Of a stretch of DNA of 64,000 nucleotides, positions 1 through 12,300 are shown one piece after another. The DNA lies in assembly GCA_946965045.2 (NCBI GenBank), contig OX337230.1, positions 62,001 to 126,000 on the forward strand, written 5' to 3'. Both the position numbers and the translations under genes were made by a program. Source of the DNA: Epithemia pelagica. Its lineage: Eukaryota > Protista > Bacillariophyta. How positions within the stretch are numbered: the first letter of the stretch is position 1; every line of letters begins with the position of its first letter. The notes beneath the pieces were generated by a model. That model was given only the letters and a program-made list of their open reading frames with translations. It had not been told where the DNA came from and searched no databases.

Positions 1-99
1 TCATTCATTTGTCGTGGTCGTCCCTTATCATGGCCTTCGTTCGCTTACCCTTGTGGAACAGGCCTGTTGTTTGTCCAATTTCGTTTCCACTGACATTTT

Positions 100-520
100 G
101 GAACCGCCATGGAGGGCAATGGCAATGGGATTGTCGTCGGTCGACGCAAGGAAAAGAATACTGGCACCAACACTTTGGTTGCGAAATTGGAATTTGACGC
201 CACAGAACAATGCCTCGTACTGTTTCGTATCGTCCAGTGGTTGCAAAACTTCCAAAATTTAGACGGTGACTTCTTGCAAGTGTTGGCAATTCAACAGAGC
301 GGGCATCTATGCCTCACGATATCAGGTCAAACGTCAAAGGATCAGTACCACCGTGGCCGTGAATATTGCGATCGTATTGCTGTTCAAACCACGACATGGC
401 ACTGCATCTTTCACAGTGACTACTTTGGTTGTCCATAGACTTCTCTTGATATCCGCAGGCATTCATCCGTTGCAAACCGACTGGAATGACAAACAGCATT
501 CCATTCGCCATTTTTGAAAG
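100..520 (+). pseudogene. Degenerate kelch-repeat relic
   Basis: Fragments in different frames resemble kelch blades (TNTLVAKLEFDATEQ; LLFKPRHGTASFTVTTLVV). The LEFDAT motif recurs at about 3230-3262. No intact ORF. Confidence 0.35.
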
Positions 521-1203
521 GATCCATGAATCCCAATGGTCCTGTGTCTTTCGAGACGAAAGTGGGAGCAGCAAAACGAAGGGGCCACAGTAACCGACGA
601 AAAGGAGAGCACACCGAAACAGTCTTCGTTCCGTAAACGTGTGATTCATGGTGCTGTAGCGCACCTTTTGTCATTGCTCCCCTCATTCTCTACTCTACAT
701 ACAAAGAAAACACTGGATATGTTTGTTTGTTGCTTGTTGGATGTTTTCCAAAGCCCAAAGATATCTCTTGTTGCTTCCATACTATATAACGCGAACTCGT
801 CTCTGGAGCCGTTGGCACGCGGCATTTGTCCCGCTTATCGTGGACAAACAAGAGCTTGGAAATAGCAGAGCCACTATACGGTGCCATATTCCACGATTCC
901 AAAGCATTATGCAAGTTCCACAGTATACAGTTCTCCAATTCTTCAGCGACTTCCACCGAGTACAAGTCATCTGGTGAGTTCGACGGCTCAAGGAATATAC
1001 CAAGCCAGACTCAAACAAAATTCTGCCATGTTGTCGCTGCTACCAGGGTTTGGATATATTGTCAATATGTCATTGTCTTGTCAGTGTTTTTGCGCTTGTG
1101 CCACCGTGTCTGTTTCAAAAAGTTCGGAAGTCCACGAGTTCAGGCGACATGGGAGGACCCACTTGTGGATGGGGTGAGAAGGCAACTCTTGAAACTGTCA
1201 GTC

Positions 1204-1350
1204 TCATCTGAAAAAATGATATGCAAGAAATATCCTCACCATTTCACAGGCAAACACAATCTCGTTGCACTCTGCGATCAAACGAAAAAGATACTTTGGA
1301 CGTGTCACATAGGCTATGTGCGATCCGTACGGACGACAGACGACCATATG
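1204..1350 (+). repeat. Upstream non-coding block co-duplicated with the kelch genes (second copy about 5221-5410)
   Basis: Shared strings ctcatctga, tgcaagaaat(a/c)tcctcaccatttcaca, aaacacaat, tgcgatca..aaaagatact, gtcaca..(g)(c/t)tatgtgcga(t/g)ccgtacg occur upstream of both kelch genes. Confidence 0.8.
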
Positions 1351-1425
1351 CTCCACACTCCACACACAAAATTTTTTTTCCCGCGGTTTTGTTCTTGGTG
1401 TGTTCGCCAAAGTGACGAGTAAACC

Positions 1426-2619
1426 ATGAGCACGAGACTGAAAGAACAAGCATGGCAGTCGGGCCTTGTCCTTTTGGACGAGACACTTGAATGGAATGAA
1501 AACGACTGGCCTCCTCTGTTGGGCGGATGGCGTTGTCGTCATGCTACGGTCGTACTCGATCATTCCGATACGAACGATAACAACAACAACAACAGACAAA
1601 CGGTCGTTGTGTTGGGAGGAAGTCAACGAAACCAGAATTTCACCAATTCCGTTCTTGTTCTAAATCTGGCAGATGCAGACAAGCAGTGGCGAGAAGGGCC
1701 ACCGATGATCAAGAAACGTGTCGAACTTGCCGCTGTTGTGTGCAATGGCGGCGTCTACGTAATGGGAGGACACAATCAAGGTATCGAAAGAATTGACGTA
1801 AAGGATTTGCTGCGATCATCTTCGACATCCAGCACCACACAGGAGAGCCCTTGGACGACATTGACATGTCGATTGTCAACGGAGCGAAATGGATGCTGTG
1901 CTGTTACACTGAACAATCGATACATTGTTGTAATGGGCGGACGGAACTGGCGGCAATACTTAGCGTCGGTTGAGATTATCGACACCAGCAACCATACTGT
2001 TATGGAGGGGCCATCCATGAACGTTCCTCGACCATATTGTGCTAGTGCGGTCGTTGGCAACCGCATCTTTGTCGTTGGAGGCTGTAACGAGGGCGGCAAC
2101 AATCTCGACTCGGTGGAATATTTGGAATTTGCAAAAGACGTTTCCTTCTCGTCCGTTTGGACGACTCACTCTGATTTAGTGCTTTCCGACCCACCATGCT
2201 CTTGTGCAATGGTTGCCGTGGGATCTTGTCTAGTTGTGGCCGGTCAAAGAACAGTCGATGTCTTGGATACGCACCGCAACCGCGTGTGGAATCTCCCTCC
2301 ATTCCCAAATGACCGCGCTGGCTTTACTTTGGTGACTGTTGCCAATCAAGTTGCCGCGATTGGTGGGATTCTGGATCATACCTGTGCGACATTTGGAATA
2401 GTCGACAAGTATACATGGAGTTTTCTTCGACTCTGTCAGCAGCATGCAAACGGAAGCTTTCATTGTCGGCAAGGAAGGCACATTGGAGATATCAATGCTA
2501 CATCCTGCACTACCTCGACATCAATTTGTAAGCGAATGAAGACCAATACATGCCATGATGGCAAAGAGGAGGATTGCACTGCAAATGTCCAACAGGTTGC
2601 AAGTAACGTGAAAAACTGA
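1426..2619 (+). CDS. Kelch-repeat beta-propeller protein (paralog 1), no BTB or F-box domain
   Basis: 397-aa intronless ORF with repeated kelch motifs (VVLGG, VYVMGG..W, IVVMGG, GPSMNVPR, IFVVGG). Confidence 0.88.
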   Translation: MSTRLKEQAWQSGLVLLDETLEWNENDWPPLLGGWRCRHATVVLDHSDTNDNNNNNRQTVVVLGGSQRNQNFTNSVLVLNLADADKQWREGPPMIKKRVELAAVVCNGGVYVMGGHNQGIERIDVKDLLRSSSTSSTTQESPWTTLTCRLSTERNGCCAVTLNNRYIVVMGGRNWRQYLASVEIIDTSNHTVMEGPSMNVPRPYCASAVVGNRIFVVGGCNEGGNNLDSVEYLEFAKDVSFSSVWTTHSDLVLSDPPCSCAMVAVGSCLVVAGQRTVDVLDTHRNRVWNLPPFPNDRAGFTLVTVANQVAAIGGILDHTCATFGIVDKYTWSFLRLCQQHANGSFHCRQGRHIGDINATSCTTSTSICKRMKTNTCHDGKEEDCTANVQQVASNVKN

Positions 2620-3099
2620 GGAAGTAATATCATGGAAATTCTACTCTCAAATTGTTGTCCATGTTTATATCACAAATTTTAAGCTTCGATGAATATCATA
2701 TCACTCCTGTGTTACGTTGTGAATCCTATTAGTCAATGGCAAACTTCAAATCACTTTACAGAATTGGCTTGCGTCGAAAAGACGTCAAAACTAGCTGGGA
2801 TCCAAGAGCACCGTGCCTATGATATTAATACATTCCTGCTGTTCGTCAAGCAATCGCCATGATGCATGCATCGGCCACGGCAAGTGTTTAGCATTCATGA
2901 ACTCTTGGGTAGTATAGCAGGAGACTTTTCAAGTATTTTCTTCTTCACATCGATTCCTTCTGTCCGACTTTTGCACCTTATACAAAGGCAAAGCTCACGG
3001 TACATACGATCCAGCCCTTTTGATGAGCCCTTTGTGGACACGCTTGTATTTACAAATGGTAATTCATTGCCTTTGCTGGTTGACAGTGCCGATTCCAGA

Positions 3100-3320
3100 A
3101 TCACACAGCAAACGTCCACCGACAGTGCAGGTTGTTTCCAGTAATGGGTGTCAATTGCCACTGCTCTGCTGCAGTCGCCGTGGTGGACAACGAAATTTGG
3201 ATTGTCGATACCTGTACCAACAATTTGGTAGAGAGTTTGGAATTTGATGCGACACCGTTTTGGAAGCATTGTATAGCCCACACCACAGCACCGGTTGATT
3301 GATGGGGGCGACTCATCCGC
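3100..3320 (+). pseudogene. Degenerate kelch-repeat relic
   Basis: Frameshifted translation gives C.AVAVVDNEIWIVDTCTNNLVESLEFDATP, one kelch-like blade similar to the relic at 100-520. Confidence 0.4.
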
Positions 3321-4256
3321 AGATGCACCCGTCCTCAATTGGCTTCGTTCGTTTTCTTGGCTCTATTAGGTTGCGGGTCGTTTCGACGTAATTTTGACCA
3401 TGAAACTCTTGTTTCATTCTCTTGCTTCATTCTCGATGCACAAAAACGACATGTTCTCTTCTGATTCTTTGTCGATGGGCATTTGTGGAACATCGTCCTC
3501 GTGTTGTTGGCCTCTCGTATGGATCAGCAATGGTGTTGAAATTGGCTGCATTGCTTTCTTTCGTATTATATAGCATCGTGACGACGAGTGAAGGGATCAG
3601 TCATTACTAGACCCTTGCTTGATGAGGCAACGGCAACTATGATCCATACTGGTGCTGGAGGATTTCATGTTGTAGTCGTTTCAAGGAGCAACGGGATGGC
3701 AATGCTGTAGTGGAGCCGTCACATTCTTGATTCTGGAAGAGCAGGAGCGGGGAGCAGCCACCATGGTGTCGTCTCTTTCAAAACTCCTCAACACTCTACC
3801 TACTACAGACAGGATAGAAACATATGACCGCACATGAATTTCCTTTTGATACCATGGCGTTTGTGGCAGTCGGATCCACGCACCATCTGGTCAGCTCTCC
3901 TTGAAGTTAACAATCACATGTTACAGCTTCCGCCAAGACAATGCTGTCCTCTGCAAACCTGTGGATGTCAGGCAACCACTCTTGGGTGGATGGCGAGGGT
4001 ACCGTTCCCTCTCTGTGGTGTTGAATACTCTCTGGTCTTGAACAGAATGAAGCATCTTTCAATGAACGAAACAGTCTTTCGTGGCCATGTTACATTCTTC
4101 AACCTGGAAAGAACGGCCCGACATGTCTCTCGACAAGTGTCACGTAAGGAACGAGTGACGCTGCGGCCATGACCTGACAGTATTCGGACAGTGCCACTAC
4201 CGTAGTAGTGAGTCATACTGGTGCATTGATTGTGGTGGAAAGTGTTGCGATCCTAA

Positions 4257-4871
4257 TCACTCGACGCGGTAAAAGTATATTGATGGTGCAATGGGTCGGT
4301 CGTTTCGGTTTGTGGTGCTGGTGGACCGTGTTGCAAATAACCAACTGGTCGTGGTAGTCGTCCTTTGGTCCACCAATTGTCGATGCATCGATCGAAACCC
4401 TTCATTCGGTACTATTGGAAAATTACGCGAAACTTGTGCATGCGACAATTGTTGCTGTTGCTGTTGTTGATGTTTGAGTGCTGTTGATGAATCGGGAAAC
4501 CTGATATTTCCTCGATGAAAGTGAAGAACGGCTGTAGTTGTAGTTATCGTAGGACAATCGAATGACTGCATGGTCTTTGCTCCTTTCCACAACGAACCCT
4601 GAGTTTCAACATCTTGTCGTGCTCCTTCTTTGGCCTGGTTCGTGGTCGTGTCCGATGAATCCGAACCTGGTGGATCCAAACGTCCGACTATGAGGACAAG
4701 CACGACAAGGTAAAACCTTGTTGGCCCTGTTGTCCGCTTCTTTGCTGGTTCATCCTGGGGACTTGTGTGGATGGAAGTACGGAGCATCGTGTCATGAAGG
4801 GCTGTTGCTTCTATACTTTCCTCTTCCTCCTCCTCTCGCGAAGAGCGGGTGTTCAGCGTGGAAGTGAGCAA
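4257..4871 (-). CDS. Possible hypothetical protein with one hydrophobic segment
   Basis: 204-codon ORF starting at a non-ATG codon; low complexity; hydrophobic stretch FYLVVLVLIVG. No recognisable domain. Confidence 0.25.
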   Translation of the reverse strand: MLTSTLNTRSSREEEEEESIEATALHDTMLRTSIHTSPQDEPAKKRTTGPTRFYLVVLVLIVGRLDPPGSDSSDTTTNQAKEGARQDVETQGSLWKGAKTMQSFDCPTITTTTAVLHFHRGNIRFPDSSTALKHQQQQQQQLSHAQVSRNFPIVPNEGFRSMHRQLVDQRTTTTTSWLFATRSTSTTNRNDRPIAPSIYFYRVE

Positions 4872-5665
4872 ACCGAGCCGTGTACGAGTGGTTGCTTCTG
4901 TTTTCGGGTAGCATCAGTGATATGAACATTTGTGACCCTATTGTGATGGATCTTTTTCCCGATACCGCTGATACTCCTGGCTGTCAATACCTCCGGCCCC
5001 AGTTTCATTTCAAACTATGCCACAACAAGACTTAGAAAAATGGTCTTGTGGGTGTTGGACAAACTTCACACCGAGAGTGGGCTATATTATAGTGCTCTCG
5101 ATTCCTTCAGGGCCCGAGTGGTGCCGGTTCCAACCGGCCTTGGATTGGCTGTCGTCACGAATCCTTCCTCCTCCCAATCAATGTACAGCGGCGCACCATT
5201 ATGCTCTTCATCATCCGTCTCCTCATCTGATCAACGACATATGTGACCAGCAGTACCAGTCCTTGCAAGAAATCTCCTCACCATTTCACAAAAAGGCAAA
5301 AAGGCAAAAACACAATATATGATCGTCGCATCGACAAAAGATTGCGATCACGAAAAAGATACTGAGGTATGTCACAAAAGTTATGTGCGAGCCGTACGTA
5401 TGACAGACGAACGTATGTTCTGATGGATACGTTGTGGGTCGCAACCTCAAGACTTGCAAGATTCTCAGACGGACAAACAGCGTCACTTCTGTGTCGTTAA
5501 TAACAGTATCGTATATAGTGACAGTTACATGTGACACAATACGAGACAGATATCAAGACGTGGGACTTGCAAAGTCAGTCGTGCTTCTCCATCAGCATGC
5601 ACGAACCACGAACCACACAGTCTCTCGACTCTCATAAATTCTGCAGTCAACCCGTAAGGAAACAC

Positions 5666-6847
5666 ATGACCATGACACGACAAGAACAAGCATGGCAGTC
5701 CGGCCTTGTCCTTTTGGACGAGACACCGGAATGGAATTTCGAGGACTGGCCTCCTCTGGCTCTGGAGGGTGGATATCGTTATGATCATGCTTCGGTCGTA
5801 CTTGACCACCACGAAAACGACGACGACAACAACAACGAGGGGCAGACGGTTGTTGTGTTGGGAGGACACGATGAAGGTGTGGATGCTACCCATTCCGTTC
5901 TGGTATTGAATCTTTCAGAGCCAGACAAGCAGTGGCGAGAAGGGCCGCCCATGAACAAGAGACGCCGCGCACATGCCGCTGCTGTGTGCAACGGTGGAGT
6001 TTACGTCATGGGAGGAGACAGTGAAGCTTCAACGTGGGATTGTCTGGAACGAATCGATGCGAGTGATTTGCTGCAGTCATCTTTCACAACAAGCAGTACT
6101 CCCACGTATGAGAGCCCTTGGACGACAGTAACTTGTCGCTTATCAACGAGAAAATATGGATGTTGTGCTGTTGCAGTTCGAAACCGATACCTTGTAGTAA
6201 TGGGTGGCTATGACATGGAAGGCACGGGCTTGTCGTCGGTGGATATTATTGATACCAGCAATCATTCTGTCACTGCAGGTCCATCTATGAACGTTCCTCG
6301 AGCATGGTGTGCCAGTGCCGTCATTGGTCACCGAATCTTTGTCGTGGGAGGCGAAAACGAGTACGGGTACAACGCACTTGACTCGGTGGAGTACTTGGAC
6401 TTTGCAAAGGACGACACTGTGACTACAGCCAGTTCCTTCCCATTTACTTGGGTGACTCACTCGGATTTGGTACTTTCCGACCCACGAGATAGTTGTGCAG
6501 TGGCAGCCGTGGGATCCTGTCTGGTTGTGGCGGGAGGAGAATATAATCCTACCGTGGAAGTATTGGATACGCACCGCAACCGCGTGTGGAATCTCCCACC
6601 ATTCGGAAATTGCCTTGTTTGCTGCAGTATGGTAACGGTTGCCAATCAAGTTGCCGTGATTAGTGGGATTCAGCATCCTACTTGTGCAACATTATCACTT
6701 GTGGACAAGAATTCGTGGTGCTTTCGTCGACTCTGTGAGCAGCCGCCCAATCGTTTTCGAGAAGGAATGGGTTTCCTAGATGGTGATATTTCACCCTTCT
6801 CCACCTCGACATTGAAGTTGCATGGAACTCTTGGATATGCCGCATGA
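5666..6847 (+). CDS. Kelch-repeat beta-propeller protein (paralog 2)
   Basis: Starts MTMTRQEQAWQSGLVLLDET, matching paralog 1's N-terminus, so ATG 5666 or 5672 is likelier than the ORF-track start 5531. Same kelch repeats and the C-terminal W.F.RLC(E/Q)Q motif. Confidence 0.88.
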   Translation: MTMTRQEQAWQSGLVLLDETPEWNFEDWPPLALEGGYRYDHASVVLDHHENDDDNNNEGQTVVVLGGHDEGVDATHSVLVLNLSEPDKQWREGPPMNKRRRAHAAAVCNGGVYVMGGDSEASTWDCLERIDASDLLQSSFTTSSTPTYESPWTTVTCRLSTRKYGCCAVAVRNRYLVVMGGYDMEGTGLSSVDIIDTSNHSVTAGPSMNVPRAWCASAVIGHRIFVVGGENEYGYNALDSVEYLDFAKDDTVTTASSFPFTWVTHSDLVLSDPRDSCAVAAVGSCLVVAGGEYNPTVEVLDTHRNRVWNLPPFGNCLVCCSMVTVANQVAVISGIQHPTCATLSLVDKNSWCFRRLCEQPPNRFREGMGFLDGDISPFSTSTLKLHGTLGYAA

Positions 6848-7589
6848 TTGCGATGACTTTGTCAGTACCAACCCTCCCTCCCCGACCACGAGGGACAGTC
6901 CTTGCAATGAGTATCCACGACACAACACTACAACGACAGCAATGCACGCCACACTCTCCAGAGTATCGTCGTTGGGAGATTCCAAGCCCATGTTTTTCGT
7001 AGTCACTGAACCCAAGCATGAACGGACGTGCATTCTAGACTATTCTTGATTGATTGTATCAATGTAGCTCTTGCACTTGTTGTGATGTTTGCTATACTAG
7101 AACTTGTGTGTGTGCTGATCCTTATAATAACGTCCATGCCTACAACAAAATGTCTCTACTAGAATCAAATTGGATCAATGCAATGTACAAGTGGAAAACG
7201 TTCGATGGAAAACGGGGCTCAACAAAAGTTGGCCATGACCAGAACGTGAGGAACAAAGCCGTTGCGCACCTTATCTTATACGTGCCATGGGATGACCTTG
7301 GCGCAGAGGCAGAGGCAGAGAGACCAACCTTCTACCTGCGCGTATAGAAGGTGTGAACTTCGTCGCTTCGTTGGAATGCTCTCAAGTGCTTTAGGGAGAC
7401 AAGAGTTGACCGACTATGGACTTCGAGTAGTCCTACCTATCGTCCCACGGTCGAGCAAAGCTATACTCTATCCGTACCTTCGCTTCTATCAACATAGTTG
7501 TTTCCGGTTTGTGGCCGTTGGTACGAATCATTTGAATCGAGTTCTACTGTATTACCAAGAGTAGGTGCGCCAGCCAAACAAGACCCCAT

Positions 7590-8210
7590 ATCCTCCGCCG
7601 GCCGAACCAACAAACACAAAAGCCGTCACGCAAAGAGAGCACTGGAACAACAGGAACCAACTCCGATGAGGGGAAAGTGCCGCCAATCCATCCATGGCAG
7701 TGTATCAATCCAATCACCATGGCACAGAGTACCAGGCATTCTTCTCGTTGTTGGAACAAAACACGGGCCGTGGTGAAACGTGCCTTCAAGCTCTCCAAAC
7801 ACCAACAACAAGAACGAAACCGAAAACGATTGGCTCGACAAACAAAAGACACCCATCCATGGAAGGATTCCCACAATCCTAGAGCCTTGTTGTCGTTGCC
7901 ATCCCTTGAAGAACGGCTTCCAAACCCATTCTCGCTCGATTTTCCAGTCTTGTCTCCGTCTCCTCCACCGTGGGTCCTTTCGGTTCCACAACGACTGCGA
8001 GAGTATCCATCACCACGGGCCTCGCCACAGGGTAAGTCCCAAATCGTGTTTGGTTGTTGGAGTTGCGCTGGTGGAACGGAATACGGTCGACACTCACCAG
8101 TTTTGCGTTCGTGTCATCATCCATGACAACAACAGCCAAACGACGCCTCGTCTTTTAGGTGAAACGTGGGAGCTCGTACATCAGCCGGAGAATCACTGAC
8201 CAGACACAGA
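7590..8210 (+). other. Copy A of a duplicated small intron-containing gene (inverted paralog at about 57890-58510)
   Basis: Long near-identical stretches with the reverse complement of 57890-58510. Shared GTAAGT donor (about 8032) and TTTTAG acceptor (about 8158). Shared peptide LPNPFSLDFPVLSPSPPPWVLSVPQRLR. Confidence 0.8.
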
Positions 8211-9374
8211 GCACCGGCGCCCAAGCTTCATTGTCCCGTGACGACAAGATCGCATCGTATCTCTATGATGAAACAAGGCACGACTTTGTCACTGTCATTC
8301 ATTCCCGCCTCCTCTCCATGACGTGCGCTGTGGGAAGCAATTGTCTGAATCTCCTGCAAGATGGCCTTTGCCGATTGGAACAGGGGAAAATTTGTGGAAC
8401 TCATTTCAACTTGCGCGATTCGCCGTGACCTGTGGGAGTGAGTAACCGTCGGAAAATGATTTTTCTCCGAGACACATCATTGTGCGATACACCAATACTA
8501 AATGAGACCATATCCAGTCCTTTCTCTCTGAAGATAGTTCGTAGGACGGAATGATATCGTTTCGACGTGTGGGATTACGCAAGGCTCTGTGGTTGATTGT
8601 TCGTCTCTTCTCACCCACTACTACTATGACATGGCTCGATTGTTTGCCATTGTCATGTACTTCCTTGTCATCCACTCTCATTGTTGGCAAGTGTGGCTCG
8701 TCATGTACCATCATGCATGGGTAGCAGAAAAGAGAAAAGTGCTAGGAACCGAACCCACAAGTCATTTTGTATTTTTCGATATCTGGTTGGGATAAGAAAT
8801 ATGTCTGCTGGATGAGCGAATGCATCGACGTTCCATCTAGTCTACTAGCTAGTAGAGAGATCTAAATACGTATTCTAATCTCCCTCATATAGAGGACTTA
8901 TTTTATAGTAACAGTTACCAGCAAGCTACACTACTTATTGTTGCTAGTATATTTAGAGCTAATGGGCCTTTCAAAAAGATGACCAGGAAAGGGCAGTAAT
9001 ATAAAAGACATTTCACAATCTTGCTTCGCCTTTATGACTATGACTGTTATGTCTCTTTTTCAATTTCTAACGTTCCATGTGCAGATCAAAGGTTACCTTT
9101 CTGGAATCCAACCATTCACTCGGTTTGCTAAACTCGATGAGGTGTTCCAGGGTCTTGCCCGCACTTTCCCAGTGAGACTGCACCGAGTTATGCCACAGGC
9201 CCAAGGGAGAGTTCGAGGCATCGCAAGTCTAATCGTAATCTCTCACTGGAATCCACCCGCCAAACCCAACACTCCACAGTACAACGTCCCAATTCCACTT
9301 CCCCCTCATTGTTTGACTTGACAGAGAGGCAGAGCTGTAACCCTGGAAGAAAGACAACAACAACAACAACGACG

Positions 9375-12300
9375 ATGATGATCAAGTTGGGCAGCAAGGC
9401 CCTCCTGGCCGCTTGTCTCTTGGGAGTCCTGGACCGTGTTTCTGGGGATGGTGGTTCTGTTTGTACGTTTTGTTGTTGTTGTAATTTGTGTCGCACATTC
9501 AAGCTTGTTTGGTGCTTTGGCCAAATTCCATGTTGCTGTCAAGCCATGAATCGTCCCATTCTCCCTTGTTTTTCTTTTCTAACTGCCCTGTTTTCTTGTT
9601 TCATGTTTCGCTCCCACAACTTGACTTCGATGACTCACGAAATCATAATCGTCTACTGCCAACGTCCAATATACAGCTTCTGGAGGGAATACGGGCTTCG
9701 GCGGTGACAACCCTTTTGGATACGTAGACCCACAGCCAGATCCAAGTAAGTGCCATTCCATCAGTCACTCCAAGAATTGCTTGACACCTAGGACTTTGTG
9801 TAAATATGTGGGAATCTCCAAACTTGTGTGTCGTCAATCTCTCACTTCCAACGTTTTGACTGTTGCATTTATCTTCAGCCGATCCCCCCACCTATGTCGT
9901 TACGACGAAATCGAGTGGTCTTTGTACCGCCAACTCCACGCGGAACTACTACCCCGGACCTTTGAAGAAAGGCACGGCCTCGCCCACCAATGCTCCGACC
10001 CCAGAGCTTATTCCCAATGAAGAAACGCCCGCTCCTACTTCTGGACCGACCAGCGCACCCACGGCTGGACCCACGGCTGGACCCACGGCTGGACCCACGG
10101 CTGGACCCACTGCTGGACCCACGGCTGGACCCACTGCGAGTCCCACTGGTGGTCCAACGGCTGGTCCGACTGGTTCTCCCACTGCCGGTCCGACTGGTTC
10201 TCCCATGGCGGCCCCCACTGGAGGTCCCACCGCCGGACCTACGGCCAGTCCTACTGGTTCTCCCACGGCCGTTCCGACTGGCTCTCCCATGGCCGCTCCC
10301 ACTGGTGGTCCGACCTCTGCTCCCACTGCAGGTCCTACGGGCGGCCCTACCGCAGGTCCTACGGCCAGCCCCACCGGCGGCCCTACCGCAGGTCCAACTT
10401 CAGCTCCCACGAGTGGTCCAACTGGTTCTCCCATGGCCTCTCCGACTGGGGGTCCAACGTCTTCCCCTACAGCTGGGCCCACAGCTGGGCCCACAGCTGG
10501 GCCCACAGCTGGTCCAACGCATGGTCCGACCTCTGCACCCACATCTGGTCCCACCGCCGGCCCAACATCCGGTCCAACAGACGGACCTACAGCTGGGCCC
10601 ACCTCTGGTCCCACATCAGGCCCCACCGGAAGTCCTGTGGCTAGTCCCACCTCCGGTCCAACAGCTGGGCCCACAGCTGGTCCAACGTCTGCCCCTACGT
10701 CTGGACCCACAGCTGGGCCTACAGCTGGTCCGACCTCTGGGCCCACAGCTGGTCCAACGTCTGCCCCTACGTCTGGACCCACAGCTGGGCCTACAGCTGG
10801 TCCGACCTCTGGTCCCACAGCAAGTCCTACAGCCGGACCTACAGCTGGTCCGACCTCTGGTCCCACAGCAAGTCCTACAGCCGGACCTACAGCTGGTCCG
10901 ACCTCTGGTCCCACCTCTGGTCCCACATCAGGCCCCACCGGAAGTCCAGTGGCTAGTCCCACAGCTGGCCCGACAGCTAGTCCCACAGCTGGCCCGACAG
11001 CTAGTCCCACCGCCGGTCCGACAGCTGGTCCAACCTCCGGTCCCACATCGGCTCCTACCTCGGATCCCACCAAAGCTCCGACTCATGGACCAACTTCGTC
11101 TCCCACGGACGGGCCCACTCACGGTCCGACCGCAAGCCCAACGTCTGCACCCACCGGGTCGCCATCCGCCTCGCCGTCCAATACTCCATCCATGTCCCCC
11201 ACCGAGACCTGTGACGACCGGGAACTTGATATTTGCATCGCGATTGATAATTCAGGATCCGTCTGTTCTCCTAACGAGCCCGTGGAGTGCTTCGATTGTC
11301 ACTGTCGCGAAAACTCAGAATGGTACAATAATGATCAAACCAAGTGTTGTACAAACTTCCAAAACGAAATTAGTTTCGCGTCCAAGTTCATGACGTCTTT
11401 GGATGAAAAAACACCAGGCTACGATCAACAGTTTTCCGTTGTATCGTTCTCAACTGAGGTATTGACAGTACACCCGCTCGAGAATGCCGCTACTGCAAGT
11501 GAGAACACAATGAAATTAGTTTACAGGGGTGGATGGACAAACACTGGTGATGCCCTTAAGGCTTGTTTTGACACGTTGAAGGATTCCTATAAGGAACGTG
11601 TCATTCTTGTGATCACCGACGGTGTAGCCACAGCTGGTCACGATCTCTACAACATTACTGGAAAAGCAGCTGATGACAAAGAACATCATGAGTACGCTAT
11701 TGGACAAGCGGACTTGGCCAGAAAGGCACGCATGACTGTCATTCCTGTATCGATCGGCGATTCCACTTCTTTCAACAAGGACAAGCTCATGGAGATTGCC
11801 TCTGGTTATACTATGTTCCTTGACGTTGACAACTTTGATGCTTTGACGGACAGTGATGGATTGGTTGATCAACTCTTGGAAAAAGTCAAATGTGGTTCAA
11901 GTCAAGGTTTCATTGATGGCAAGTGGGAGCCTGTGAATTTTGAGGATTTCACGAACTACGTTGAAGGCGACAGTTTATGGTCCTTCAGGGGTGGTGCTGC
12001 TCGTGTTAACGATGAAGGCGTTACTACCCTTCCACATGCGTTCCTCAACAACTATGCACAATTCTGCCCCTACTCAACCGGTGCTACCGATTATTGCGCT
12101 CTCTTGCTTGGTGATACCATTGAGGACGAGCACAACATGATGGAAAACATGGGCTACGTCATCTCCAGCCCTGTGACTGTCGGCAGCACTGTTATTTATA
12201 TTCGCCTCAAATTTGATTACCTCGTACATTTTTGGCTAACGGATGAGTATCATATTCATGTGGACTACAGTACGGATGGTGGACTTACCTGGTCGATTCA

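Noticed and set aside
7054-7560. Possible solo LTR upstream of duplicated gene copy A
   Set aside because: No second copy, clear termini or TSD, and no similarity to the Copia LTR candidate.
9949-11393. VGP-repeat ORF (minus strand, 374 aa) and LVP/LDP-repeat ORF (plus strand, 467 aa)
   Set aside because: Shadow frames of the stop-free 12-bp PTxx repeat in the vWA gene.
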